Below are positions 13,115 to 22,208 of a stretch of DNA of 64,000 nucleotides, in pieces; within the stretch, counting starts at the first letter, position 1; the number at the start of each line of letters is the position of its first letter. A program made the translations under genes and the position numbers. This DNA comes from Pseudomonas aeruginosa PAO1 (lineage in GTDB: Bacteria; Pseudomonadota; Gammaproteobacteria; Pseudomonadales; Pseudomonadaceae): NCBI RefSeq assembly GCF_000006765.1, contig NC_002516.2; one strand, given 5' to 3'. Below the pieces are notes generated by a model that saw only the letters and a program-made list of their open reading frames with translations, ran no database searches and was not told the DNA's origin.

Positions 13115-13978
13115 CTACTCTTTGACTTCCATGTAGTCGCGGGCCCAGGCCTGGTATTCCTCGGGGAAGGTGTACTTCTTCGACAGCTCCGAGGCGGTCA
13201 GGTCCGAGGCCACCGCACCGCGCTCCTCGCGCAGGCAGTCGTAGGTCGCCTTGATCGCGGCGAAATAGGCGGCGTGGCCGTTGACCACGACACGCACGCC
13301 GAGCCGCGCCAGGCGGGCGTCGTCGCGCAGTTGCGGATTACCGTAGGTGACCAGCATCAGCGGGATGTGCAGGTGCTCGGCGATCGCCTCGAGGTGGGCG
13401 AAGTCGCGCACGCCGACCAGGCAGATACCATCGGCGCCGGCTTCCTGGTAGGCCAGGGTGCGCTGGATCACCGCATCGACGTCGATCAGTTCGGCGTTGG
13501 TCCGGGCAATGATGGTCAACGCCGGGTCGACCCTCGCCTCCAGGGCCGCGCGGATCTTGCCGACGCCTTCCTCGACGCAGATCAGGTCGGTGGACTTGCG
13601 CCCGAACTGCGCCGGCAGCAGGGTGTCCTCGATGGTCAGCGCGGCGATTCCGGCGCGCTCCAGTTCGACCACCGTACGCATCACGTTCAGCGCGTTGCCG
13701 TAGCCGTGGTCGGCGTCGGCGATCACCGGCAGGCGCGCCACCCGGCCGATGCGGGTGGCCTGCTCGACGAATTCGCTGAGGGTGATCAGGGCGAAGTCCG
13801 GCGCCGCCAGGACCTGCAGGGAAGCCACCGAACCGCCGAGGATGCCGCACTCGAAGCCGAGGTCGGCGGCGATACGCGCCGACATGGGATCGAACACGGA
13901 AGCGGTGTGGTAGCAACGGGAGGAGTCCAACAGCGCGCGAAACATCGCACGCAACTCATGGTGTGAGGCTCTATGCAT
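13115..13978 (-). CDS. oxaloacetate decarboxylase (PEP mutase/isocitrate lyase superfamily)
   Basis: 287 aa from [26 protein letters not shown] and IEDTLLP motifs. Confidence 0.88.
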
Positions 13979-14185
13979 GGCGAAATCCAGGACAACACGG
14001 CAAGACGGAGTGGGAAAGCAGCGCCAACATAGCACCATGCGCGGGCCCCTTGGCAAATCCGTATACAAAGGTCGGGGCGGCCCGCACGGACGTCCCAGGA
14101 CGCTTCCTGCCGATCGCCGGCGGTGAAATCTACGACGCTCTCGCATACACTGCGCGGCCGTTTTTTTCCCGGACCGTTTCGCGCC

Positions 14186-15451
14186 ATGAACCCGAGCACC
14201 GCCGCCCGCGCCCTGGGCATCGATTTTGGCACCTCCAACTCCACCGTCGGCTGGTGGCGGCCGGAGGTCGAACCGCTGATCGAGCTGGAGGACGGCAAGA
14301 TCACCCTGCCCTCGGTGGTGTTCTTCAACGTCGAGGAGCGCCGCCCGGTCTACGGCCGCCAGGCGCTCGGCGAGTACCTGGAGGGCTACGAGGGCCGGCT
14401 GATGCGCTCGCTGAAGAGCCTGCTGGGCTCCAAGCTGCTGAAGAGCGAGACCACCGTGCTCGGCAGCGCCCTGCCGTTCAAGGACCTGCTCGGCCTGTTC
14501 ATCGGCCAGCTCAAGGCGCGCGGCGAGGCCGCCGCCGGGCAAGCCTTCGACGCGGTGGTGCTGGGTCGCCCGGTGTTCTTCGTCGACGACGACCCGGAGG
14601 CCGACCGCGAGGCCCAGGACACCCTGGTGCAGGTGGCCAACAAGCTCGGCTTCAAGGAGGTTTCCTTCCAGTACGAACCGATCGCCGCGGCCTTCGACTA
14701 CGAGCGCTGCATCCAGCGCGAGGAACTGGTCCTGATCGTCGACATCGGCGGCGGCACCTCGGACTTCTCCCTGGTGCGCCTGGCGCCGGAGCGGCGCAAC
14801 CTGGCCGAGCGCCAGGACGACATCCTGGCCACCGGCGGCGTGCACATCGGCGGTACCGACTTCGACAAGCAGCTCAGCCTGGAAGGCGTGATGCCGCTGT
14901 TCGGCTACGGCAGCCGGATGAAGAGCGATGCCTTCATGCCCACCAGCTACCACCTGAACCTGGCCACCTGGCACACCATCAACGCGGTGTACGCGCAGAA
15001 GTCGCAATTGGCGCTGAAGAACATGCGCTACGACATCGTCGACAGCACCGGCATCGACCGCCTCTTCAGGCTCATCGAGGAACGCGCCGGGCACTGGCTG
15101 GCGATGCAGGTGGAAGACAGCAAGATCCGCCTGACCGAAACCGAGCGCCTGCACCTCTCGCTGGAGCGCATCGAGGCCGGGCTCGGCGTGGAGCTGACCC
15201 GTGGGCTGTTCGAGAACGCCGTCGACGGACTGCTGGAGCGCGTGCGCAACAGCGTCGCGCAACTGCTGGCCTCGGCCGGGGTCGACCCGGACCGGGTCGA
15301 CACGGTGTTCTTCACCGGCGGTTCGAGCGGCATTCCGGCGCTGCGCCGGAGCGTCTCGGCGATGCTGCCCAACGCCCGTCATGTCGAGGGCAACCTGTTC
15401 GGCAGCATCGGCAGCGGCCTGGCCATCGAGGCGAAGAAGCGCTACGGCTGA
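14186..15451 (+). CDS. yegD: Hsp70-family protein (YegD-like)
   Basis: [20 protein letters not shown] and FFTGGSS motifs. NBD-only size of 421 aa. Confidence 0.88.
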   Translation: MNPSTAARALGIDFGTSNSTVGWWRPEVEPLIELEDGKITLPSVVFFNVEERRPVYGRQALGEYLEGYEGRLMRSLKSLLGSKLLKSETTVLGSALPFKDLLGLFIGQLKARGEAAAGQAFDAVVLGRPVFFVDDDPEADREAQDTLVQVANKLGFKEVSFQYEPIAAAFDYERCIQREELVLIVDIGGGTSDFSLVRLAPERRNLAERQDDILATGGVHIGGTDFDKQLSLEGVMPLFGYGSRMKSDAFMPTSYHLNLATWHTINAVYAQKSQLALKNMRYDIVDSTGIDRLFRLIEERAGHWLAMQVEDSKIRLTETERLHLSLERIEAGLGVELTRGLFENAVDGLLERVRNSVAQLLASAGVDPDRVDTVFFTGGSSGIPALRRSVSAMLPNARHVEGNLFGSIGSGLAIEAKKRYG

Positions 15452-15508
15452 GCCGCCCTGGCCGCGCCCCTGCCCTATAGGGGGATAAGGTCACACCGGG
15501 CCCGCCAT

Positions 15509-15597
15509 GGCGGATAACCGCGAGCGGTTATTCGCCCTACGCCAAGACCACGCCACACCCGTCCGCAGGGCGGATAACGCCACAGGCGCTATCCGCC
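15509..15597. repeat. inverted pair of REP elements (BIME-like)
   Basis: 15509-15540 is the reverse complement of GTAGGGCGAATAACCGCTCGCGGTTATCCGCC. 15565-15597 is GCAGGGCGGATAACGCCACAGGCGCTATCCGCC. The pair sits between convergent genes. Confidence 0.8.
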
Positions 15598-15625
15598 GCC
15601 ACACCGAGCCCGACTAGGGCGGGAC

Positions 15626-16042
15626 TCACTTCTTCAGGCAGGTGCTCATGAACGCCTTGCGTTCGTCGCCCTTGAGCGCCTTGGCGGTGGCGTCGGCGTT
15701 GCAGGTCTTCATCTTCTCCTGCTGGGTCGCCGCCTTGGCGCTGCCGCCGGCCTTCAGGCAACTGCTCATGAACGCCTTGCGTTCGTCGCCCTTGAGCGAC
15801 TTGGCACTGGCGTCGGCGTTGCAGCTCTTCATCTTCTCCTGCTGGGCGGTGGCCTTGCCGCCGGCAGGCGCGCCGGCCTTCAGGCAGCCGCTCATGAACG
15901 CCTTGCGTTCGTCGCCCTTGAGCGCCTTGGTGGTGGCCTCGGCGTTGCAGGCGGTCATCTTCTCCTGCTGCGCGGTGGCAGCGAAACCATGGGCCGAGAC
16001 GGCCATGGCCAATACGAACATCGGGATACGCAGGATATTCAT
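15626..16042 (-). CDS. psiF: PsiF-repeat periplasmic protein
   Basis: Signal peptide plus three QQEKMxxCNAxAxxKxLKGDERKAFMSxCLK repeats. AAGGAG RBS. Confidence 0.92.
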   Translation of the reverse strand: MNILRIPMFVLAMAVSAHGFAATAQQEKMTACNAEATTKALKGDERKAFMSGCLKAGAPAGGKATAQQEKMKSCNADASAKSLKGDERKAFMSSCLKAGGSAKAATQQEKMKTCNADATAKALKGDERKAFMSTCLKK

Positions 16043-16196
16043 CGAACTCTCCTTGAAGGGCTGCACGTTCGCATGCAGGTGCGCTGAAGTCTAGCGACTG
16101 CGGCGGGCTTTGCAGGGGCTGGGAACGCGTCCTGTGCGCTTGCGACAAGCGTCATGTTTCGCGGCTAGACTGACGCCTCGCACGAGGAGGAGTTCC

Positions 16197-16735
16197 ATGC
16201 AACAGGTCATCGCGGTGAGCCTCTGCGCCACCCACGCGTTCAGCAAGCAGGTGCGTCCCGCCATCCGCCTCCTGAAAGGCCTCGGCGTCGAGGGCGACGC
16301 CCACCACGGCGTCACCGTGAAGCACCGCTCGCGGGTGCGGCAGGACCCGACCCAGCCGAACCTGCGCCAGGTCCACCTGATCCACGAGGAACTGCACGAC
16401 GAGCTACGCGCCAGCGCTTCGCCATCGGCCCGGGGACCATGGGCGAGAACATCACCACCCGTGGCGTCGACCTGCTCGGCCTGCCCACCGGCACCCGCCT
16501 GCGCCTGGGGGAAAGCGCCCTGGTCGAGCTGACCGGCCTGCGCAATCCCTGCTCGCAGTTGGACAACTACCAGCCCGGACTGACCGCCGCCGTCCTCGGC
16601 CGCGACGAACAGGGCAACCTGATTCGCAAGGCCGGGGTGATGGCGATCGTCCTGGAAGACGGCGAGGTTCGCCCCGGCGACGCCATCGATATCCAGCTGC
16701 CCCCCTTGCCGCACCGGGCCCTGGAGAAGGTCTGA
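16197..16735 (+). pseudogene. MOSC-domain (YiiM-like) protein split by a 1-bp frameshift
   Basis: AGGAGG RBS and ATG at 16197 (MQQVIAVSL...HLIHEEL). The MOSC sequence continues in another frame from about 16418 (FAIGPGTMGENITTRG...RNPCSQL...GVMAIV). Confidence 0.75.
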
Positions 16736-16758
16736 GGCAATCCGCCGCGATTCCGGGC

Positions 16759-16786
16759 GAACTCTGCGCGAGGGCCTGCGTTCCAA
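16759..16786 (+). promoter_or_regulatory. putative AlgU (sigmaE) promoter of osmE
   Basis: GAACTC-N17-TCCAA compared with the consensus GAACTT-N16/17-TCnnA. Confidence 0.5.
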
Positions 16787-16823
16787 TGTTCGCAAGCACC
16801 GCTCAACCACAAGGAGTCACAGC

Positions 16824-17168
16824 ATGTACAAGCAGTCACTGGCGGCACTGTTCGTGATGGCAACCCTGGCCGGCTGCGCGTCGACCAAGGTGCAGAACCC
16901 GGTCAACTACATCACCTTCCGCAACGAACCGCTGGTCAAGGATGTCGAGAAAGGCATGAGCCAGCAGGAAGTCCTGCGCATCGGCGGCACGCCTTCCGGC
17001 ACCCAGAAGCGCCTGATGAAACCGGGGAGCTGCAACAGCTACATCCTCAACAAGGACGGCCAGCAGCAGCCGTTCTACGTCAGTTTCGACGGCAGCGGCA
17101 AGGTCGACGGCTCGGGCTTCCTGAGCTGCTCCGAGCTGGACCGCCACGAGCGCGACGCCCGCCCCTGA
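16824..17168 (+). CDS. osmE: osmotically inducible lipoprotein OsmE
   Basis: Lipobox LAGC. VEKGMSQQEVLRIGGTP (SmpA/OmlA-like). AAGGAG RBS. Confidence 0.93.
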   Translation: MYKQSLAALFVMATLAGCASTKVQNPVNYITFRNEPLVKDVEKGMSQQEVLRIGGTPSGTQKRLMKPGSCNSYILNKDGQQQPFYVSFDGSGKVDGSGFLSCSELDRHERDARP

Positions 17169-17174
17169 CGGCTC

Positions 17175-17206
17175 GACGCCCCGCTTCCTTACGGAGGCGG
17201 GGCGTC
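17175..17206. terminator. hairpin between convergent genes
   Basis: GACGCCCCGCTTCC-TTAC-GGAGGCGGGGCGTC. Confidence 0.65.
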
Positions 17207-17211
17207 TGCGT

Positions 17212-17619
17212 TCAGGCCCGGGACAGGGCCTCGATCAGTTCGGCCTTGCGCATCGTCGAACGACCGCGGATGTCGCGCTTGCGCGCCAGCTGCATCAATT
17301 CCTCGCGGGTCATCTCGCTCACCGAGGTGCTGCCTTGACGTTTGCCACGGCTCGCCGAGCCGCGGTTGGCCGGTCTCCCTGAGCGGGCCTGGGCGGCGCG
17401 ATGGGCCGAGTCCTTGCGGTCGGCGCGCTTGGCCGTCTCGCTCTTGGCGCGGCCGGAACCGCCCTTGCGCTCGCCGCCGCCGGACTGCTTGTTCACCGTC
17501 GCCCAGGCGCGCGCCTCGGCTTCCGACTCGCTCACACCCTTGGCCTTGTAGCTCTCCTCGATGTGCTCGGCCTTGCGCTGCTGCTTGTCGCTGTACTTGC
17601 TCTTGTCGCCACGGGGCAT
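17212..17619 (-). CDS. small basic stress protein with C-terminal Rho-N-like domain
   Basis: 135 aa from MPRGDKSKYSD. C-terminus TREELMQLARKRDIRGRSTMRKAELIEAL. Confidence 0.8.
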   Translation of the reverse strand: MPRGDKSKYSDKQQRKAEHIEESYKAKGVSESEAEARAWATVNKQSGGGERKGGSGRAKSETAKRADRKDSAHRAAQARSGRPANRGSASRGKRQGSTSVSEMTREELMQLARKRDIRGRSTMRKAELIEALSRA

Positions 17620-17707
17620 GGGGATATCTCCCTTTGCGATGGGTTCACTGTTGGGACCGGGAGGCGACGGCGGACGTTCAGAGAAAGTGCGCACCGGCAC
17701 AAACCCC

Positions 17708-17738
17708 TTGACCTTGCCCCAGGGGCAATCCGTAGTCT
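17708..17738 (+). promoter_or_regulatory. MerR-type promoter/operator of brlR
   Basis: TTGACC, a 19-bp spacer containing the dyad TTGCCCC-A-GGGGCAA, then TAGTCT. Confidence 0.8.
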
Positions 17739-17765
17739 GCCGGTATCCCGCAGCAGGAACCGGAA

Positions 17766-18578
17766 ATGCTCACCATCGGCCAACTGGCGCGAATCTTCGA
17801 GATCTCCACCAAGACGCTTCGCCACTACGATGCCATCGGCCTGTTCGTCCCCGCGCGCACCGGTAGCGACAACGGCTACCGCTACTACCAGCCGGAACAG
17901 ATCGAGCAGCTCTCGCGCATACTCGCGCTGCGCCGGCTGGACGTTCCGCTGGAAGCCATCGACCGCCTGAAACGCGATGGCGCGCTGGACGACCCGCAAC
18001 GCCTGCGGCATTTCCTGCAACGACACCAGCACACCCTGCGCGAAGAGATCAGCGCCCGCCAGCGCCTGCTGGCGGAACTCGACCGAACCCTGGCGACGCT
18101 CGCCCACTGGAGGATCCGCAACATGCATGCACGAATCGTCGAACGTCCCGCCTTCAGCGTGGTGGGCATGGAATACTTCGGCAGCGCCCCCGGCGACACC
18201 ATCGGCCAGCTCTGGGAACGCTTCATCCCGCGCGAGCACGAGATCGCCGGCAAGCACGATCCCGAGGTCTCCTATGGCATCTGCGCGCAGCAGCCCAACG
18301 GCGAATTCCACTACGTCGCCGGCTTCGAGGTGCAGGAGGGCTGGCCGGTGCCGGAGGGCATGGTGCGCTTCCAGGTGCCAGCGCAGAAGTACGCGGTGTT
18401 CACCCACAAGGGCACGGCGCCGCAGATCGCCGAGAGCTTCCAGGCGATCTACAGCCACCTGCTCGCCGAACGCGGCCTGGAGCCCAAGGCGGGGGTCGAC
18501 TTCGAATACTACGACCAGCGTTTCCGCGGACCGCTGGATCCGAACTCGCAAGTCGACCTGTATATCCCCATCTACTGA
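17766..18578 (+). CDS. brlR: MerR-family multidrug-tolerance regulator with GyrI-like domain
   Basis: MLTIGQLARIFEISTKTLRHYD HTH and a C-terminal GyrI-like domain. 270 aa. Confidence 0.95.
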   Translation: MLTIGQLARIFEISTKTLRHYDAIGLFVPARTGSDNGYRYYQPEQIEQLSRILALRRLDVPLEAIDRLKRDGALDDPQRLRHFLQRHQHTLREEISARQRLLAELDRTLATLAHWRIRNMHARIVERPAFSVVGMEYFGSAPGDTIGQLWERFIPREHEIAGKHDPEVSYGICAQQPNGEFHYVAGFEVQEGWPVPEGMVRFQVPAQKYAVFTHKGTAPQIAESFQAIYSHLLAERGLEPKAGVDFEYYDQRFRGPLDPNSQVDLYIPIY

Positions 18579-18579
18579 A

Positions 18580-20649
18580 TCAGCGCTTGCCGGCCGGCAC
18601 CTTGGCTGGCAAGCGCATGCGCTGCAGCAGCGCGGTGCACTGGTTGTCGTCGCTTTTGCTCGGCGCCACCAGCGCCAGCAGGCTGGCCGCCGGGCCCACC
18701 GTCACGCCGAGGGCTATCATTCCCGCGCCGCGCGCCACCAGCGGCCCGGCATGGACCCCGGCGTCGGGCTTGGCGAAGGTGCCGCGCACGTACAGCGGCG
18801 AGCGCAGCGAGAAGATCCGCAAGCCCTTGCTGTGCGGGGTGACATCGAGATCGAGCTTCTCGTTGGCGAAGTTCACCGTGCCGTCGACGTTGACCAGCGC
18901 GTTCTCGGTGTCGAAGACGAACAGCCGGCTGGTCATCAGGCCCTTCTGCAGGCCGAAGTCGGCGGCCGCGCAGTTGATCTTCACCTCGTCGTCGCCGAAC
19001 AGCTTGGTCACCAGGTAGTTTCCGACATTGAGGCCGGCGATTTCGGTCAGGCCCTTGCTGATCGCGCCGTCGTTGATCAGCATCTTCAATTCGCCATCGG
19101 CGCCGCCGAGGATCTTCGCCACCGAATTGCCACTGCCGCTGAGACTGGCGTCGCCGTTCAGCTCGCCGAAGCTGGTCTGCATCGGCGCGAAGCCGGGGAA
19201 CAACTGCTTCAGCTTGAAGCCCCGCGCGCTCATCTTCACTCGGCTCTGCATCGGCTGCTTGCCGCCGTCCAGGCGGATGTCCGACTCCAGCTTGCCGCCG
19301 GCCACGCCGAAGCGCAGGGGCTCCAGGCGCAGCAGGCCGTCGTTGAGCACCAGATGGGTATAGAGGTCGCTGATCGGCAACTGGTCGCTGTGGACGATAC
19401 GCTTGCCGGTGAATTCCACGTCGGCGTCCATGTCGCGCCAGCGCTCGGTACGGAATTCCTCCACCGGCAGCACCTTGTCGCCCGGCTGGCGGCTGGTCTG
19501 CCCGCGCTTCTGTTTTTCGGCATTGCTGTCGGCGCCGATCAGCGGGCCGAGGTCGGCGAAGCGCAGTTGCTCGGAGGTCAGCTTGCCGGACAGCTTCGGC
19601 CTAGGCTGGCGAGCGACGAAGGTCAGGCTGCCGTGCAGGTCGCTGGCGCCGACCTTGCCGTTGAAGTTCTCGTAGCGGAACAGTGCGCCGCCCTCCTCCT
19701 TGAGCCGCGCCAGCAGGTGTCCGTCGGTGGAGTAGGCCGGAGTGTCCGGCAGGGTGATGCCGGTCAGCGGATAGAGATTGGCCATGCTGGTCCCGGACAG
19801 CTTCAGGCGCAGGTCGAGGGCGCCGAGGTTGAGCGGGTCGGTCAGGGTGCCGACCACCGCGGCACGGGTGCTGCCGGCACTGACCTCGGCCTGTAGCGGG
19901 AAGGGCTTGCTCGCATCCTGCAACGCCAGCATCCCGCCGACCTTGCCCGAGCCGGCCAGAGCCTGGCCCTTGTAGGTGCCCTTGACCTTCCAGCCGAACA
20001 CATAGTCCTGGGCGTTCGCCGCATCGCCCGTGGCCAGCGCCTTGCCGGCCAACTGACCGAACGGCACCGGCTTGCCGAGCGGGTCGACCAGCACTTCCAG
20101 ACGGGTCTTCAAACGCTGGTCGTCGAGGCTGACGCTACCCTTGTCGAAACCGATCTCGCGGATGTCCAGTTGCCAGGCGGACGGCTCGTCGCTGTCGCTG
20201 GCAGGCAGGTCGAAATCCCAATTGGCGCGGCCGTCGGCCAGGCGCAGGAGCTCGGCGCGCGGCTGGGTCAGCTTGATCTGTGGAATGCGGATGGTCTGCC
20301 AGAGCAACGGCAACGGCGCGAGGCGGAATTCGATGCGTTCCAGGCTGGCGAACTCGCTCGCCTTGGTCTTGCCCGCCGTCCACTCCGGGTTGCCGAGGGT
20401 GATGTCCTCGGCGCTGAAGCGCGGCCAGGGGATCCAGGCGCGCCAGCCTTCCTCGCCCTCCTCGCGGCGCCAGGCCACGGCGAGGTTGCCGTTGATGGCG
20501 AACGGGCGGTTCAGCGCCGCCGAGACCTTTTCGTTGAGGGTGGGCTTGATCAGGTTCCAGTCGAAGGTGGCGATGAACACCACCAACGCCGCCAGCAGCA
20601 GGACCAGGCTGGCGAGGCTCCAGGTCAGGATCTTTCGGCCGCGCGTCAT
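18580..20649 (-). CDS. AsmA-family protein (YhjG-like)
   Basis: 689 aa with an N-terminal TM. FDWNLIKP, INGNLAV and INCAAADF motifs. Confidence 0.88.
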   Translation of the reverse strand: MTRGRKILTWSLASLVLLLAALVVFIATFDWNLIKPTLNEKVSAALNRPFAINGNLAVAWRREEGEEGWRAWIPWPRFSAEDITLGNPEWTAGKTKASEFASLERIEFRLAPLPLLWQTIRIPQIKLTQPRAELLRLADGRANWDFDLPASDSDEPSAWQLDIREIGFDKGSVSLDDQRLKTRLEVLVDPLGKPVPFGQLAGKALATGDAANAQDYVFGWKVKGTYKGQALAGSGKVGGMLALQDASKPFPLQAEVSAGSTRAAVVGTLTDPLNLGALDLRLKLSGTSMANLYPLTGITLPDTPAYSTDGHLLARLKEEGGALFRYENFNGKVGASDLHGSLTFVARQPRPKLSGKLTSEQLRFADLGPLIGADSNAEKQKRGQTSRQPGDKVLPVEEFRTERWRDMDADVEFTGKRIVHSDQLPISDLYTHLVLNDGLLRLEPLRFGVAGGKLESDIRLDGGKQPMQSRVKMSARGFKLKQLFPGFAPMQTSFGELNGDASLSGSGNSVAKILGGADGELKMLINDGAISKGLTEIAGLNVGNYLVTKLFGDDEVKINCAAADFGLQKGLMTSRLFVFDTENALVNVDGTVNFANEKLDLDVTPHSKGLRIFSLRSPLYVRGTFAKPDAGVHAGPLVARGAGMIALGVTVGPAASLLALVAPSKSDDNQCTALLQRMRLPAKVPAGKR

Positions 20650-20944
20650 GCACAACTCCTTTTCGCCGCGTCGGTTGTCGGGCAGGCGCGGCAGCGCGCC
20701 TCGCTCAGCCCGTCAGTGTGCAGGCTGGCCCATGGACTCGCCAGCGCGAATACGCCGGCCCGTTCCGTTAGGACCGGCGAAACGCCGGCATTGCTCCCCG
20801 TCCCACGCATTTCAGGCAAAAGGCCAGTTCGGCGGCGGGTCGATAAAACTTTTTCGACCGCGTGGGACTCACACCTTAGGTAAGCAGAAAAAGCCAGCCG
20901 CAGAGCCGGCCCTTTTCACCGGATCAGCCTCAAGGAGAAAACCG

Positions 20945-21478
20945 ATGACCACCGTTCAACTGACGGACGTCCAGACCCTTCGCGACCGTGCCCGCAAGAA
21001 CATCCAGGAAGGCGCGGTCACCGAAGGCTATTCGGCCGATCGCCAGACCGTCCTGCGCCTGCTCAACGAAGCGCTCGCCACCGAGTTGGTCTGCTTCCTG
21101 CGCTACAAGCGCCACTACTTCATGGCCACCGGCCTTAAGGCGAGCATCGCCGCCGCCGAGTTCCTCGAGCACGCCAACCAGGAAATGCAGCATGCCGACC
21201 AGTTGGCCGAGCGCATCATGCAACTGGGCGGCGAGCCGGACTTCAATCCGCGCGGCCTGGAGGAGCGCTCCCATGCCGAATACGTCGAAGGCAAGACCCT
21301 GAAGGACATGGTCACCGAGAACCTGATCGCCGAGCGCATCGCCATCGACAGCTATCGCGAGATCATCACCTACCTCGGTAACGACGACCCCACCACCCGA
21401 CGCATTTTCGAGGAAATCCTGGCCCAGGAAGAAGAACACGCAGACGACATGGCCGACATCCTCGACGACCTCGCCTGA
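20945..21478 (+). CDS. bacterioferritin/Dps-like ferritin-superfamily protein
   Basis: AAGGAG RBS. Ferroxidase motifs ATELV, QEMQHA, AERIA and EEEHA. 177 aa. Confidence 0.92.
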   Translation: MTTVQLTDVQTLRDRARKNIQEGAVTEGYSADRQTVLRLLNEALATELVCFLRYKRHYFMATGLKASIAAAEFLEHANQEMQHADQLAERIMQLGGEPDFNPRGLEERSHAEYVEGKTLKDMVTENLIAERIAIDSYREIITYLGNDDPTTRRIFEEILAQEEEHADDMADILDDLA

Positions 21479-21501
21479 CTCCAGAGCAAGACCCGTCCGA
21501 G

Positions 21502-21532
21502 AGCCGGCGCCCGCAGCGCCGGCTTTTCTTTT
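21502..21532 (+). terminator. rho-independent terminator
   Basis: AGCCGGCGC-CCGCA-GCGCCGGCT followed by TTTCTTTT. Confidence 0.85.
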
Positions 21533-21648
21533 CGCCTTATTTATCCAATTTATCGATTAAATAGAGAAAAGCTAACTATCCTTTACGAAATCTTCGAAAT
21601 CACAAAAATAATCAACTAACTTACTGATAAATAATAAGAAAACACATA

Positions 21649-21672
21649 ATCACCCATGTCGATAGACACTAT
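21649..21672 (+). promoter_or_regulatory. MexT binding motif
   Basis: ATCA-CCCAT-GTCGAT-AGAC-ACTAT is an exact match to the described ATCA-N5-GTCGAT-N4-ACYAT motif. Confidence 0.85.
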
Positions 21673-21753
21673 CATCGCACTTCGTTTTTAAATCGACTTA
21701 TCCGAACTGAAAATGACTCCAACGCAATCGACAACCCACTCGGAGTCACCGTC

Positions 21754-22095
21754 ATGAAAGCTTCCCTGATCCTCGGCCTCGCCCTCGCCACCCTGACCGC
21801 CAACGCCGCCTTCGCCGCCGACGGCTCCAGCCGCACCATCGACCGGCTGCACAAGGATATGTCCAGCGTCGAACTGCGCATCGCCGACAACGGCAGCGAG
21901 CAGACCATCGACCGCCTGCACAAGGACATGACCAAAGCCGAAGCCCGCCTGGCCGACAACGGCAGCGAGCAGACCGTCGACCGCCTGCACAAGGACATGA
22001 CCAAGGCCGAAGCCCGCCTGGCCGACAACGGCAGCGAACAGACCGTGGACCGCCTGCATCGCAGCATGAGCCGTTTCGACCTGCGCACCGCCTGA
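21754..22095 (+). CDS. small exported tandem-repeat protein
   Basis: Sec signal peptide (…NAAFA) plus four ~23-aa repeats. 113 aa. Confidence 0.85.
   Translation: MKASLILGLALATLTANAAFAADGSSRTIDRLHKDMSSVELRIADNGSEQTIDRLHKDMTKAEARLADNGSEQTVDRLHKDMTKAEARLADNGSEQTVDRLHRSMSRFDLRTA
21820..22092 (+). repeat. intragenic 69-bp tandem repeat x4
   Basis: Units start at 21820 (66 bp), 21886, 21955 and 22024. Consensus DNGSEQTVDRLHKDMTKAEARLA. Confidence 0.95.
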
Positions 22096-22121
22096 CCGCT
22101 CGCTACGCCGCAAGGCGCGAG

Positions 22122-22148
22122 AAAAGCCCGGCTCGATGCCGGGCTTTC
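22122..22148. terminator. bidirectional rho-independent terminator
   Basis: AAAAGCCCGGC-TCGAT-GCCGGGCTTTC between convergent genes. Confidence 0.85.
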
Positions 22149-22208
22149 CTATTTTCCCATCCCTGTCGCGCTGGGCGCATGGCCCGAGGCAAGCCGCACT
22201 CTCCCGCC

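Noticed and set aside
16439-16735. Stand-alone 98-aa hypothetical protein
   Set aside because: It is the C-terminal half of the frameshifted MOSC gene that starts at 16197.
21530-21750. AT-rich patch as evidence of horizontal transfer (also 57200-57700)
   Set aside because: The patches are short, non-coding and explained by regulator, IHF and promoter sites. Flanking genes have normal codon usage, and there are no integrase, tRNA or direct repeats.
21672-22088. Repetitive antisense ORF (RRSTVCSLPLSARRASALVMSLC)n
   Set aside because: It is simply the reverse strand of the 69-bp repeat gene.
21820-22092. Regularly spaced repeats considered as a CRISPR array
   Set aside because: The units are contiguous in-frame coding repeats with no unique spacers, and there are no cas genes.
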